A stretch of 58,968 bases of DNA from Phycisphaeraceae bacterium (GTDB lineage: Bacteria > Planctomycetota > Phycisphaerae > Phycisphaerales > Zrk34). The stretch is taken from contig JBBDRF010000052.1 in NCBI GenBank assembly GCA_040905565.1, positions 1-58,968 on the forward strand, written 5' to 3'. Shown here piece by piece: positions 48,977 to 58,968 of this stretch. The position numbers and the translations under genes are program-made. Every line of letters begins with the position of its first letter. Positions within the stretch are counted from its first letter, which is position 1. The notes beneath the pieces are model-generated. The model was not told the origin of the DNA and did not search any database. It was given only the letters and a program-made list of their open reading frames with translations.

Positions 48977-49012
48977 GGCGGGGGCTGCTCATTGAGGGGA
49001 AATTGGTGATGT

Positions 49013-50068
49013 TTAGAGGTTGCCGTAGCGGCTGATGAGATCGACGATGCGGCGTTGGTCGGGGCTGATGCTGAGGCTCTGCCGCCAGGACTTGATGGCG
49101 CGATCGTGCAGGGCGTGGTCGTTGCGATCGCCCTGGATGTAGAGCGTCATCAGGCTGACGCCCGCGCCGTTGAGCGCCGCCGTCTCGTCCGGCTCCATCT
49201 GCAGGGCATTGTCGTAAGCTTCGAGGCTCTGCTGGTAGCGGCCGAGTCGGAAGTTCACATAGCCCAGACGTTCAAAGTAGCGGGCGCTGGGTTCGTTGCT
49301 CAGCGCTTCTTCGATGACGCTGATGGCCTGCTCGTACTGCCGGCTGCGGACGAGGGCGTTGACCAAATTCGTCGTCAGCTGCGAGGAATAGGGCCCCTGC
49401 TGCTCGGCCTGACGATAGGCTTCGATGGCTTCTTCGTGACGGCCGAGGGCGGCGTAAACGGCACCGAGGTTGACGAACGATGCCTGCGTCGAGGGCTCAA
49501 GCTCCGCAGCCCGGCGGGCGTAGGGCAGGGCCTGGCCGGCCTGGTCGATCTGCAGATAGGCCGTGGCGAGGTTGAAGTTCGCGTCGTAGCTGTCCGGTTC
49601 GATCGAGAGGGCGCTGAGGTACATGCCGACCGCGTCACGGACGCGGTTGAGCAGGTGGTACATGAGCCCGAGGTTGTACGTGGCGTGATAATCGGTGGGA
49701 TCGATCCGGCGGGCGGTTTCGTAGCGGCCGGCGGCGGCGGCGTAGTCGCCTCGCACCTGATAGATGTCGCCGATGCCGACGTGTGCTTCGAGTTGGCGTG
49801 TGTCTTCTTCGAGGGCGCGGTGGAACCAGAGAAGGGCCTGGTCGAGGTTGCCGCCCTGACGGTGGAGGCGTGCCTGGTAGACGGCCTCGGCGGCGGCCTC
49901 GGCACGCTCGGGGTCGTCGGCCTGCTCGGCTGCCTGGCCGTTGAAGCCGGCGGCGAAGTCACTCCAGCCTTCGTTCATCCATTGGCACCCGCCTGCGCCC
50001 GGGATGAGGCTGAGCAGGCTGACGGCGAACATGCGACGCATCGAAGCTGAGGCGGCTGACAATTTCAT
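49013..50068 (-). CDS. TPR-repeat lipoprotein
   Basis: Lipobox AGGC and several canonical TPRs (YNLGLMY, FNLATAY, VNLGAVY). Confidence 0.85.
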   Translation of the reverse strand: MKLSAASASMRRMFAVSLLSLIPGAGGCQWMNEGWSDFAAGFNGQAAEQADDPERAEAAAEAVYQARLHRQGGNLDQALLWFHRALEEDTRQLEAHVGIGDIYQVRGDYAAAAGRYETARRIDPTDYHATYNLGLMYHLLNRVRDAVGMYLSALSIEPDSYDANFNLATAYLQIDQAGQALPYARRAAELEPSTQASFVNLGAVYAALGRHEEAIEAYRQAEQQGPYSSQLTTNLVNALVRSRQYEQAISVIEEALSNEPSARYFERLGYVNFRLGRYQQSLEAYDNALQMEPDETAALNGAGVSLMTLYIQGDRNDHALHDRAIKSWRQSLSISPDQRRIVDLISRYGNL

Positions 50069-50099
50069 ACCCTTACATTAAGAGCGCCGCTGTAGCTGG

Positions 50100-52178
50100 T
50101 CAACGCTGACGCACCGCGTAGAGGATCGTCAACTGGACGATGCCGACCTGCTCCACGGGCGTGAGCGCCTGCTCGGCGAAGGCGTGAAGCTGATCGGGAT
50201 CGACGTTCGAGTCGTAGCCGTAGTTGCCCGGCTCCCGCCAGATGTCGAGCATGTCCCAGGCGATGACGACGTGCGTGTAGCCTTGATCCGCGAGCCATTG
50301 GTGGGCCGAATCGAACCGATCTTCAACGATAAACCGGCCCAGCGGGCTTGCATCCCACGCGGTGTGGTAGCTGATCGGCCGGTCGATGTAATACGGCGTG
50401 GCGAAGGCCTCGGCGTAAATGCGGGCGTTGGGCGGCACATGGCGATTGACCTGGTTGAACGGCGTCGGCAGCGGCGACTCGGGATGACGCAGCACGTTCA
50501 GCGTATCAATGTACCGCGCCGCCCCGCCATCAAGCTGCGTGAGATACAGCGTGAAACTCACCACGGTGCAGATGGTCAACGCAAGGGCGAAGGTCGTCGT
50601 CGCGGCGGCGGCGGAGCGCCAGGCGGGCCAGCTGAGGCCGATCAGCAGGCAGGCTGGGAGCAGCAGGGCGACGAGGAAACGGCTCTGATGATGCGTGAAC
50701 AGGAGCCAGAAAATCAGCTGAATCGCGAGGACGCCGAGTAGCAGTTTCGCGGTGCGGCGGGTTGAGGCCTGTCGCCATGCGACGACGGCGGCGGCGATCA
50801 GCAGGGGCCAGAGCACGAACGCGAACTGGCCGTGCCAGAGGGCGGTGCGGCCGAGGGCGGCGAGGCCCGCGAAGAGGCCGGTGCTGTGGTGGGCACCACT
50901 CCAGCGGTCGGCCTGCTCAGCGGTCCAGTGGCCGGTGCCGAAGAGGCCCGTGAGCATCGGAAACACAGGGTTGCCTGTCCACAGGGCGTTGCGGATGAGC
51001 CAGAGGCTGACGATGCTGCCCGCTGCGAGGCCGAAGCCCGCGAGGCGAATCAGTTGCCGATTCCGCCCACCCTGCCGATTCATCATCAACACGAACGCCA
51101 GCGGTAAGGCCACCACGCCGACGGCTGTCAGCTTCGTCAACACCGCCAACCCCACGAACGCTCCCACCACGGCACCGCGACGCCCATCGGCAAAGGCGGA
51201 ACGCTCCGGTTCATCCTCGGCGGCGGGGCGATCCAGATGCAATGCGACGGCGAACGCCAGTGCGGCAAAGGCGGCGACGGCCTGCTCGTTGTACGCAAGC
51301 GTCCCGGTCACGATCGTCCAGGGCACCGCAAGGTACAGCCCACCGGCAAGGGCCCCGGCGATTTGCGTCGTGCGGCTGGCGACGAGCTGCCCGATGACGA
51401 CGGCGGTGAGGATGGCCATGCACGCGTGCAGCAGCTGAGCGGTGTAGCTGGCGTCGACCATGCTCCCCCGCCACAGGCCCAGCTGCGCGAAGGCGACTTC
51501 GAAAAGGTTCGGCAGATAGGAATAAACGTTGTGGGCGTAGCCTTGAACTGCCCCCGCGGCGATCCACTCCTTCGGCAGTTGCAGGTGATAGCTGAGAACG
51601 TCGTAACCGCCCTCTTCGCTGCTCCACAAAATGCCCGGCGGAATGCAGGCAGCTCCGATCAACAGCGTAACCGCAGGGATCGCCAGCAGCACCGGCCAGG
51701 GCAGCGTCGGCCATTGCTCAGACGGCTTAAGCCACCAGTGATCGCGAGCCTGGTAGGTTTGCCAGCCCGCCAGCGCCCAGCCGACGGTGCCGAGGCCCCA
51801 CGCGGTGAACGCGTTGAGTTGCCCCGCCCAGCCGAGCAGCCACATGATCAGCGCCATCAGTCCGAGGCCGAGGATGAGTCGCCCGGCGAAGCCAGCAGCG
51901 TCGAGCGCCGGTTCGCGGATGACCCGGCCGAGGGCGGTGCCCCAACCTGCCGCTGCGGCGAGGTAGGCGATGACGACGACGCCCTGTTCAAACAGCAACA
52001 GCACAAGCCCCGCCATCCGCGGCGCGAGCGGCACCCGGCCCTGGCTGACGATGATGAGGCCGACGACGAAGAGCGCCACGGCGGCAGCGGTCGCCAGCCT
52101 CGCCGAACGCGGGGCGGCGTCGTTCGGGGGGGTGGGGGCGGTGGGGGGCTCGGCAGTCGTCGTCGCACGCTGTTGCAT
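50100..52178 (-). CDS. Polytopic membrane protein, GT-C (ArnT/PMT-like) glycosyltransferase candidate
   Basis: Many TM helices. YDVLSYHL, RNALWTGNPVFP and SRFL motifs. Confidence 0.7.
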   Translation of the reverse strand: MQQRATTTAEPPTAPTPPNDAAPRSARLATAAAVALFVVGLIIVSQGRVPLAPRMAGLVLLLFEQGVVVIAYLAAAAGWGTALGRVIREPALDAAGFAGRLILGLGLMALIMWLLGWAGQLNAFTAWGLGTVGWALAGWQTYQARDHWWLKPSEQWPTLPWPVLLAIPAVTLLIGAACIPPGILWSSEEGGYDVLSYHLQLPKEWIAAGAVQGYAHNVYSYLPNLFEVAFAQLGLWRGSMVDASYTAQLLHACMAILTAVVIGQLVASRTTQIAGALAGGLYLAVPWTIVTGTLAYNEQAVAAFAALAFAVALHLDRPAAEDEPERSAFADGRRGAVVGAFVGLAVLTKLTAVGVVALPLAFVLMMNRQGGRNRQLIRLAGFGLAAGSIVSLWLIRNALWTGNPVFPMLTGLFGTGHWTAEQADRWSGAHHSTGLFAGLAALGRTALWHGQFAFVLWPLLIAAAVVAWRQASTRRTAKLLLGVLAIQLIFWLLFTHHQSRFLVALLLPACLLIGLSWPAWRSAAAATTTFALALTICTVVSFTLYLTQLDGGAARYIDTLNVLRHPESPLPTPFNQVNRHVPPNARIYAEAFATPYYIDRPISYHTAWDASPLGRFIVEDRFDSAHQWLADQGYTHVVIAWDMLDIWREPGNYGYDSNVDPDQLHAFAEQALTPVEQVGIVQLTILYAVRQR

Positions 52179-52257
52179 AAAGTGAACCCGCTAGCCGCGG
52201 GCTTACAGCCCGCCGGTTCCCCCGAAGAAGTTGCGACCTGCGATCGCCCGCTAACGT

Positions 52258-53265
52258 TTACGGGAGGTTGGGGCGCCAGAGGTACATGAAGGCCATGGTC
52301 GCGTCGCCGGCTGTGAACAGGTCGTCCAGGTTGATCTGGGCGATGTTCACCTGCGTGCCGCTGCTTGGCTGACCGACGGGGGTGCGGGCGTAGGGCGAGT
52401 TCGCCGGCTGGTAGTTCGAGTGATACATCACGAGGTGGGCACGCTCCACGCCGGCGAGCTGCTTGGCTTTCGCCCACGCATCGTGAACGTCGCCGAGCTG
52501 ATCGACCAGACCCATCTCGTAGGCGGCAACGCCGGTGACCGCGCGGCCGTCGGTGGCGTCGGCGAAGTCGGCTTCGGTGATGTTCGGCCGAGCTTCGCGG
52601 ACGACGCCGACGAACTGCGTATAGAAATCGTCGACCATGTTCTGCAGGACCGCGCGCTTTTCGTCGGTCAGCGTGGACAGCGGCGAGCCGGTGTCCTTGT
52701 TCGGCCCGCTGGTGATGGCCTCCGCCTGAACGCCGACGCGCGCGAGGGCGGGCTTGACGCTGACGGTCTGCATGATGACGCCGATGCTGGCGGTGATGGT
52801 GGTCGGGTAGGCGATCACGTGATCGGTGGCGCAGGCGACGTAGTAGCCGCCGCTGGCAGCGACGTCCATCATAATGGTCACGACGGGTTTGTCGGTCTCC
52901 CGGCGGAAGCGTTCGATCTCGCGGTACATCGCATCGGAAGCGGTCACCGTGCCGCCGGGCGAGTTGAGGCGGAGGATGATGGCTTTGACGTTGTCATCCT
53001 GCCGGGCCGCTTCGAGCGTTTCGTGGAGGACGCCGACGGGGTTGGGCTCGGAGGAGAGCAGGCCGCTCGTGCGGACGTTGTGGATGAGCCCGCTGATGTC
53101 CACGATAGCGACACGGTCGCGTACCCAGAAGCCTTCGTCACGTTCGACAATGGAGGATTCGATCTTTTCATCGCTCGGCCGAAGCCCGACCGTGAAGGTC
53201 ATCGGGCTGCACGCGGTGAGGGTGATAAGGCTCAGGCAAAGGGTGAACAGGAGGGGCAGCCGCAT
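52258..53265 (-). CDS. sppA: Signal peptide peptidase SppA (S49)
   Basis: NSPGG, AASGGYY, SIGV and GPNKD motifs. Lipobox LTAC. Confidence 0.92.
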   Translation of the reverse strand: MRLPLLFTLCLSLITLTACSPMTFTVGLRPSDEKIESSIVERDEGFWVRDRVAIVDISGLIHNVRTSGLLSSEPNPVGVLHETLEAARQDDNVKAIILRLNSPGGTVTASDAMYREIERFRRETDKPVVTIMMDVAASGGYYVACATDHVIAYPTTITASIGVIMQTVSVKPALARVGVQAEAITSGPNKDTGSPLSTLTDEKRAVLQNMVDDFYTQFVGVVREARPNITEADFADATDGRAVTGVAAYEMGLVDQLGDVHDAWAKAKQLAGVERAHLVMYHSNYQPANSPYARTPVGQPSSGTQVNIAQINLDDLFTAGDATMAFMYLWRPNLP

Positions 53266-53354
53266 GGTCAAAATCCTCGGAGGGCAGGCGAATGTTCAGA
53301 CGCAGCCCATGGTATCCGCCAGCGGCAGGAGAATCATCAAGTGCGGCGGCACAC

Positions 53355-53504
53355 TCACTCGCGGTCGTCGGGTTTGATGTCGACTTGCGAGTGGACGTGC
53401 TCGACGGCACCGGGGGTGGTGAAGACCTTATAGATGCACCAGACCGCCAATGCGGTCGAGGCGAAGACGGACCCGAGCATGATGATCCAGCCGGCGATGG
53501 TCAT
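53355..53504 (-). CDS. Single-TM small protein, MetS-like NSS transporter small subunit
   Basis: 49 aa, MTIAGWIIMLGSVFASTALAVWCIYKV... Its ATG overlaps the transporter's TGA (ATGA). Confidence 0.7.
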   Translation of the reverse strand: MTIAGWIIMLGSVFASTALAVWCIYKVFTTPGAVEHVHSQVDIKPDDRE

Positions 53505-55702
53505 GAGTTGATCTCCTCGGATTCGCGGTCGGGGTTCGGGTCGCTTGCCGCTTCGGCGGCTGCCTCGGCCTTGTCCCATCGTTCGACGCTTCGGGCGATG
53601 AGGATGCCGAAGAAAATCGTCACGCAGATGATGAGCCCCACGGACATCAGCGCGACGGGCGGCTCGCCCTCTTCCCATTGAAAAAGCCCCTGCACCCGGC
53701 CCGGCGCGTTGTTCGCAAGCCAGATCCCAAAGACCGTGAGCAGGTACACCGGGGCGACGTATTTGATCATATACCTGACGAAGTTGGGTATTTTGATCTC
53801 CGCCCCGCGGCGTAGTTCGCTCATGCCCCGATCGATGCCGAGCACCCAGCCGAAGAGGATGACCTGAATCGTCGCCATCACGTAGATCAGCAGCGTGCCG
53901 ACCCAGAAGTCGATGGTATCCAGTGCGGCGAAGTTCTTGGAGAAGTACACGATGAAGGCGGAGCCCATCGCGGTAATGAACCCGAGCACCGCCACGGAGG
54001 CTTTGCGGCCGAGCCCCAGGCCCTCTTCGAGCAAGGCAATCGCGGGCTGAAGCATCGAAAGTGAACTGGTCACGGCGGCGAGGAAGAGCAGGAAGAAAAA
54101 CAGGAAGCCGACGAACCGGCCCATGGGCATCTCGGCGAAGACGTTGGGCAGCGAGACGAAGCCCATGCCGAACGTGCCCGGCGGGTTGGCGACGGTGGTC
54201 ACGCCGAGGAAAACGAACGCGGCGGGGATGACGATGAGCCCGCCGAGGACTACTTCACAAAAGCTGTTGCCAGCTGCCGCGGTGACGCTGCTGAGCGCCA
54301 CGTCGTCATTACGGCGGACATAGCTGGAGTAGGTCAGGATGATGCCGAAGCCGACGCTGAGCGTGAAGAAGATCTGCCCCGTCGCGGCGACCCAGATCTC
54401 GGCATCGGCAAGCGTTTCCAGGAAACTATACGAAGCGATGACCGCTTGCGAATCGTCTTCCCCAAGCACAATGCGGAGGCGCGAGCCGGGGTGCTCGTGA
54501 ACGGTTGGATCGTCGTCGGCGGTTTCCCAGCCGGTATCGCTGAGGGCAGTGCGGAAGCCGGCACCGTCGAGCACCGCAAGCCGATCGAAAAGCTGATCGT
54601 TCTCAGGCGGCTCAGCGACGTCGCGCGGCAGCCATTGCCATAGGCTGCGCACGCTCGGTGGGGTGCCGGCGGGCGGATCAGTGGCCTGCAACTCAGTGGT
54701 GTGGATCTCCTCGGAGCCTCGGCCGACGAACTGCGCCACGCCGTCGGTGATTTCGATCTCGATGCGGGGCGACTCCTCGTGCAGCCAGGTGCTGTTGGCG
54801 AGGTCGGCGTCGTCGGCGATCTCCTGATCGGGCGTCCACCCCGCCTGCTGAAGTGCCCATGCGAAGCCGCCTGCGTCGAGGACGCGAAGGGCCGCCAGCG
54901 TGCCGTCTTCGCGTGTTTCGGCTTCGAAGGCATCGACGGAAGTGCGGACGATCAGGTTGCCGATCGCTTCGTCGCCTGGCGCCAGCCGCTGCGGTTCCTG
55001 CACCGGGTTCCACATGTACCCCAGGCCGTTGAGAATGTTCTGCTCAGGCCGGTCGGGCATGGGGGCGCCGAGCGTCAGCACGCGCACCAGCACGATCAGG
55101 GCGCAGACAATCAACGCGGGCATCGCCCAGCGGCAGAACCACTCGATGCCCTTGTTAAGCCCCCGGTAAATGAGCACAAAGTTCAGCGCGAAGCAGATGA
55201 CCAGGAAGATCAGCACCGCGCCGCCTTCGCTCAGCAGGAATCCGTCGGCATGGGCCCCGACGAATTGCGTAAAGAACCCTTCGTAGTCGGCTGTGGCGGG
55301 ATCGGTCAGGCGCGGGTCGCCTGTGAGGTAGTACCAGGCGTAGGCGAGGCACCAGGCTTCGATGAACACGTAATACATGTAGATCATCACGGGGATGACC
55401 GGCCCGATGATGCCGAAGTAAGGCGTCGCGCGTTTTTTGGAGACGGACCGGAAGATGCCCGGCGAGGAGTTGTAGCCTTTCGATCCCCCGAAGCGTCCCA
55501 GCGACCACTCCGCCCACGCGATCGGCAGCCCCAGCAGCACGAACGCGATGACGTAGGGGACCATGAACGCGCCGCCGCCGTGCTGTGCGACCTGTCCGGG
55601 GAAGCGGAGGAAGTTGCCCAGCCCGACCGCTGAGCCGGTGACTGCGAGAATAACGCCCAGTCGCGTCGCCCAGTGCACGGAGCTGCGTTGGAGTGGATTC
55701 AT
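53501..55702 (-). CDS. Sodium-dependent transporter, NSS/SNF family, with large loop insertion
   Basis: GSAVGLGNFLRFP, GGAF, QIFFTLSVG, YSSY and FLAAVTSSLS motifs. Confidence 0.93.
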   Translation of the reverse strand: MNPLQRSSVHWATRLGVILAVTGSAVGLGNFLRFPGQVAQHGGGAFMVPYVIAFVLLGLPIAWAEWSLGRFGGSKGYNSSPGIFRSVSKKRATPYFGIIGPVIPVMIYMYYVFIEAWCLAYAWYYLTGDPRLTDPATADYEGFFTQFVGAHADGFLLSEGGAVLIFLVICFALNFVLIYRGLNKGIEWFCRWAMPALIVCALIVLVRVLTLGAPMPDRPEQNILNGLGYMWNPVQEPQRLAPGDEAIGNLIVRTSVDAFEAETREDGTLAALRVLDAGGFAWALQQAGWTPDQEIADDADLANSTWLHEESPRIEIEITDGVAQFVGRGSEEIHTTELQATDPPAGTPPSVRSLWQWLPRDVAEPPENDQLFDRLAVLDGAGFRTALSDTGWETADDDPTVHEHPGSRLRIVLGEDDSQAVIASYSFLETLADAEIWVAATGQIFFTLSVGFGIILTYSSYVRRNDDVALSSVTAAAGNSFCEVVLGGLIVIPAAFVFLGVTTVANPPGTFGMGFVSLPNVFAEMPMGRFVGFLFFFLLFLAAVTSSLSMLQPAIALLEEGLGLGRKASVAVLGFITAMGSAFIVYFSKNFAALDTIDFWVGTLLIYVMATIQVILFGWVLGIDRGMSELRRGAEIKIPNFVRYMIKYVAPVYLLTVFGIWLANNAPGRVQGLFQWEEGEPPVALMSVGLIICVTIFFGILIARSVERWDKAEAAAEAASDPNPDRESEEINS

Positions 55703-55924
55703 GCCGATCCTCGAAAATCTTAATGTTCGGCCGGTCCCGGGTGGGCCTCAGCGTATCGCCTGCAAGGGGGGGCTGCCAAGGCGTAAGCGGGGGCAGTTGG
55801 TGTTCTTTTTCACAATCTTGTCGCCCAGCTGATGCGTTGATACGCTCAGGTTGTCACATCTTCAACAGCGCCCGATCGGGCGAAGCCGCACTCGCGGCAG
55901 ACATTTTACGGAAAGGGTTTGGGC

Positions 55925-56368
55925 ATGGCTACAGCACGTGACCTCCTCGCGATCAAGGGCAATGATGTTTACGCCATTGAGGAAGACCGCACCGTACTTG
56001 AAGCCACGCAGTTGATGAACAGCCACCAGGTCGGGTGTGCGGTCGTGACTGAAACGGACTCGCGTGCCGTGGCGGGGATTTTCACCGAGCGTGATGTGCT
56101 CCGGCGCGTCGTCGCCGAGTGCCGTGATCCGGAAACGACGACGGTCGGCGAAGTGATGACCCGGCGGGTCGTCTGCTGCACCCCCGACACCGCCATCCGC
56201 GAACTGCGGAAGCTCTCGATGGAGCGGCGCGTAAGGCATCTGCCGGTGCTCGATGAGAACGACGAACTGATGGGCCTGATCTCGATGGGCGATATCAATG
56301 CCTGGGACCTGCGCGACGGCCAGGTCACCATCCGCTACATGCAGGACTACATCCACGGCCGAATGTGA
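55925..56368 (+). CDS. CBS-domain pair protein
   Basis: GIFTERD, VMT, RHLPV and GLISMGD motifs. Confidence 0.9.
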   Translation: MATARDLLAIKGNDVYAIEEDRTVLEATQLMNSHQVGCAVVTETDSRAVAGIFTERDVLRRVVAECRDPETTTVGEVMTRRVVCCTPDTAIRELRKLSMERRVRHLPVLDENDELMGLISMGDINAWDLRDGQVTIRYMQDYIHGRM

Positions 56369-56566
56369 TCGTTAGCGAGCAATCGCAGATCGCCGTTGGT
56401 TTGCGGCATCACCGCGCGAAATTTTGCCCAAGGTGAATCTGCGATCGCCCGCTAACTTTATACCCCCGCCGCCGTTTGCCCCGCACGCTTTCGTGAATCG
56501 TTAGTTGACTGTTTACGTGCCACGCGAGTAAAATGCTTCGCTTTACCCAACTTGTGTGCGGCGAAT

Positions 56567-58309
56567 ATGAGCGACCAACGGCCTCGCGTATTACTTCTTG
56601 CCGGCAAAGCCACCGACCGTGAGCAGGTGGCCGGTGCACTCGGCGAACACTTCGAGCTTGATATCTACGAAAGCGTCGACGAGGCGATGGCGATGCTCCG
56701 CGCGGGGCGGATGTACCACGCCGTTTTTGCCGACGTCGGCGATTTCCTGCCGCTTGAGCGGACGCTCGTCGATCAGCAGGCCTCGCTGGTGCTCAACACC
56801 ATCGGCGAAGGCGTCTGCGTCGTCGATGACCGCGGCCGTTGCGCCTGGGCCAACAACCGCATGCGCAGCTTCCCGCCCGAAGTGTACGACCGCGTGAAGC
56901 AGACCTGCATCAGCGCCCGAAGCCTCTTCGCCAATCAGGTCAGTCCGACCAATCTCACCGACAAACCCCGCCAGCGCAGCAAGAAATTCGGCTTCCAGGT
57001 CGGTGAAGATCGCTACTTCGAAGCGATGGTCTCGCCGGTCATCGACGACGCCGGGCGGGTGAAGCAGGTCGTCGCGGTGGTGTGGGACGCCAGCAGCGGC
57101 CGTCGACTTCAGCAGAAGATCGACGCCATCGACGCCGCCGGGCGCGAGCTGGTGCGCCTCGAAGCGGAGCCGCTCGCGAAGATGAACGTCGCCGAACGGC
57201 TTCGGCTTCTCGAAGAAAAAATCATCCGCTACACCAGCGACCTGATGCACTTCGACCACTTCATCATCCGCCTGCTCAACAAGAAGGCCAACAAACTCGA
57301 ACCCGTCATCAGCGTCGGCCTGCCGGCTGAGGCGCTTGAGGTTGATCTATATGCTGAGCCTGAGGGCAACGGCATCAGCGGGTGGGTCGCGGCGACGGGC
57401 CGCAGCTACATCTGCCACGACGTGGAAAAAGACGGCCGCTACGTGCTCGGACTCGGCCACGCGAAATCGTCGCTGACCGTCCCGCTGCGTCTGCACGACA
57501 AGATCATCGGCATCTTCAACATCGAATCGCAGAACCCCGGCACGTTCAACGAAGACGACCGCCAGTTCGCGGAAATCTTCGGCCGTTACATCGCCGTCGC
57601 CCTCAACATCCTCGATCTACTCGTCGTCGAGCGTTACACCACCAGCGGTCGCATCAGCGAAAACGTCGTCCGCGAAATGGCCGCTCCGCTGAACGACATC
57701 GTCACCGAAGCCCAGACGCTGATCGAAGAGTACATCGGCCACGACGATATGCGCCAGCGGCTCAACCACATCGTCGACAACGTCGAACAGATCCGCAAAG
57801 CTGTCCGAGACGTCACACAGGGCGTGAAAACCGTGCTCGGCTCCGACAGTGTCGATACCACTGAGGACCCGCAGCTGGTCGGTCGGCATATTCTGGTCGC
57901 CGACGATGAAGTGAACATCCGCCGCACCATCGGCGACGTGCTGACGAAGATGGGCTGCAAGGTTTTCGCCTGCAAAGACGGCCACGAAGCGGCGAACATC
58001 ATCGATTCCCAGCGGCTCGACCTCGTCGTGAGCGATATCCGCATGCCTCACCGCAACGGCTACGAGATTTTTGCCGCGGCTCACCGCATGGACGAGAAGT
58101 TGCCGGTGATTCTGATGACCGGCTTCGGGTACGACCCGCACCATTCGATCGTCCGCGCTTCGCAGGAAGGGCTCTCCGCGGTGCTGTTCAAACCGTTCAA
58201 AGTGGAACAGCTGCTCGAGGAAATCCGCAAAGCTCTGGGCATCACCGCACCCGCCGCGCCCGACGCCTCACCGGACGCCAGCCCCACCACCCCGCAATCC
58301 GGCGACTGA
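56567..58309 (+). CDS. Signalling protein: partial REC, PAS, GAF, pseudo-HisKA, REC
   Basis: IGEGVCVVD..WAN (PAS). GISGWVA...SLTVPL...F.EDD (GAF). VADDE, SDIRMP, MTG and KPF (receiver). Confidence 0.85.
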   Translation: MSDQRPRVLLLAGKATDREQVAGALGEHFELDIYESVDEAMAMLRAGRMYHAVFADVGDFLPLERTLVDQQASLVLNTIGEGVCVVDDRGRCAWANNRMRSFPPEVYDRVKQTCISARSLFANQVSPTNLTDKPRQRSKKFGFQVGEDRYFEAMVSPVIDDAGRVKQVVAVVWDASSGRRLQQKIDAIDAAGRELVRLEAEPLAKMNVAERLRLLEEKIIRYTSDLMHFDHFIIRLLNKKANKLEPVISVGLPAEALEVDLYAEPEGNGISGWVAATGRSYICHDVEKDGRYVLGLGHAKSSLTVPLRLHDKIIGIFNIESQNPGTFNEDDRQFAEIFGRYIAVALNILDLLVVERYTTSGRISENVVREMAAPLNDIVTEAQTLIEEYIGHDDMRQRLNHIVDNVEQIRKAVRDVTQGVKTVLGSDSVDTTEDPQLVGRHILVADDEVNIRRTIGDVLTKMGCKVFACKDGHEAANIIDSQRLDLVVSDIRMPHRNGYEIFAAAHRMDEKLPVILMTGFGYDPHHSIVRASQEGLSAVLFKPFKVEQLLEEIRKALGITAPAAPDASPDASPTTPQSGD

Positions 58310-58681
58310 AGCCTCAGGCCCTCGCTCTGGCAGCAAGTCTTTGCATGATTGATGTAGGTTCAGGGTGCCCCGGTCAGCGAGCGAAGCGAGGCCGGGCTTT
58401 CGCAACGCATGCTGCGACCGCGAACCGGTACCGTAATCCCGCCCGGTCGTCGGCGCTGGCCGGGGCACCTGCGAATGTTTCCCGATTCCCCTGAATCTAC
58501 CTTGATGCCGCTGTGCCTGCCTGACGCCGTGCCTATGATACTGAGACGGGCGCGTTCGATGGCGCGCTGCTTCGCCGCACGGCTCCGATTTGCACCGGGC
58601 TACGGAAGCACCGGGGCGGCGATGGGCGAAAAGAGAAAATAATTTGGCGGGACTTCGCGTGCCCGCTGGGGAGGGATAGTG

Positions 58682-58921
58682 ATGAAAACCTTGGACGTGA
58701 TCTGCGAAGTATTGTTGATCGTCGGCGGCCTCAACTGGCTACTCGTCGGGGCATTCCAGTGGGATCTGGTTGCGGCGATCTTCGGTGGAAGCGACGCCGT
58801 GCTTAGCCGCATCGTTTACATCCTCGTCGGCCTCAGTGCCGTCTACCTGGCGATTCGTTTGATCCAGGACCAGGGCGAACTGCGAAGCCACCCCGCGCGT
58901 GCCCCCGAGCGCAACTACTGA
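58682..58921 (+). CDS. DUF378 family small membrane protein
   Basis: LLIVGGLNWLLVG...DLVAAIFG...SRIVYILVGLSA. Confidence 0.88.
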   Translation: MKTLDVICEVLLIVGGLNWLLVGAFQWDLVAAIFGGSDAVLSRIVYILVGLSAVYLAIRLIQDQGELRSHPARAPERNY

Positions 58922-58968
58922 TCGACCATCGACCAACGCCCGAGGCGCAAGAGCCGGGTTTTTGACAA

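Noticed and set aside
48977..49012. PreQ1 riboswitch upstream of queF
   Set aside because: Only a 36-nt spacer, without the AGAGGTTC...AAAAAACTA-type consensus.
58938..58963. Intrinsic terminator after the DUF378 gene
   Set aside because: Imperfect bulged stem at the window edge, too weak to call.

Overview
High-GC bacterial chromosomal window, most likely from a Planctomycete (inferred from the Planctomycetes/Verrucomicrobia-type microcompartment locus and gene content). In order, it holds: nagD-like HAD, a TPR gene and kdsB; a complete bacterial microcompartment (BMC) operon (pduL, 3 BMC-H, ackA, 3 BMC-P, aldehyde dehydrogenase, RpiB-like protein, class II aldolase, LDH/MDH, an extra class I aldolase-like gene, DeoR regulator); a surface-glycan locus (wzx, GNAT, Gfo/Idh/MocA, DegT, wecA, O-antigen ligase-like); a Cus-type Cu/Ag RND efflux operon; housekeeping genes (sigma-70, apgM, hemC, tlyA, gltX, msrA, queF, sppA); an NSS transporter with a small subunit; and signalling proteins. 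The best candidate for an undescribed system is a ParA/Soj ATPase fused to an AMPK-beta-type glycogen-binding CBM48 domain (43410-44885), followed by a gene resembling a degenerate MinD/FlhG protein (41908-43299); together they may position glycogen granules. Several REP/REPIN-like intergenic hairpin families and several apparently leaderless genes are visible. I recognised no rRNA, tRNA, CRISPR array or transposase. All family calls come from motif recognition by eye; no database searches were run.
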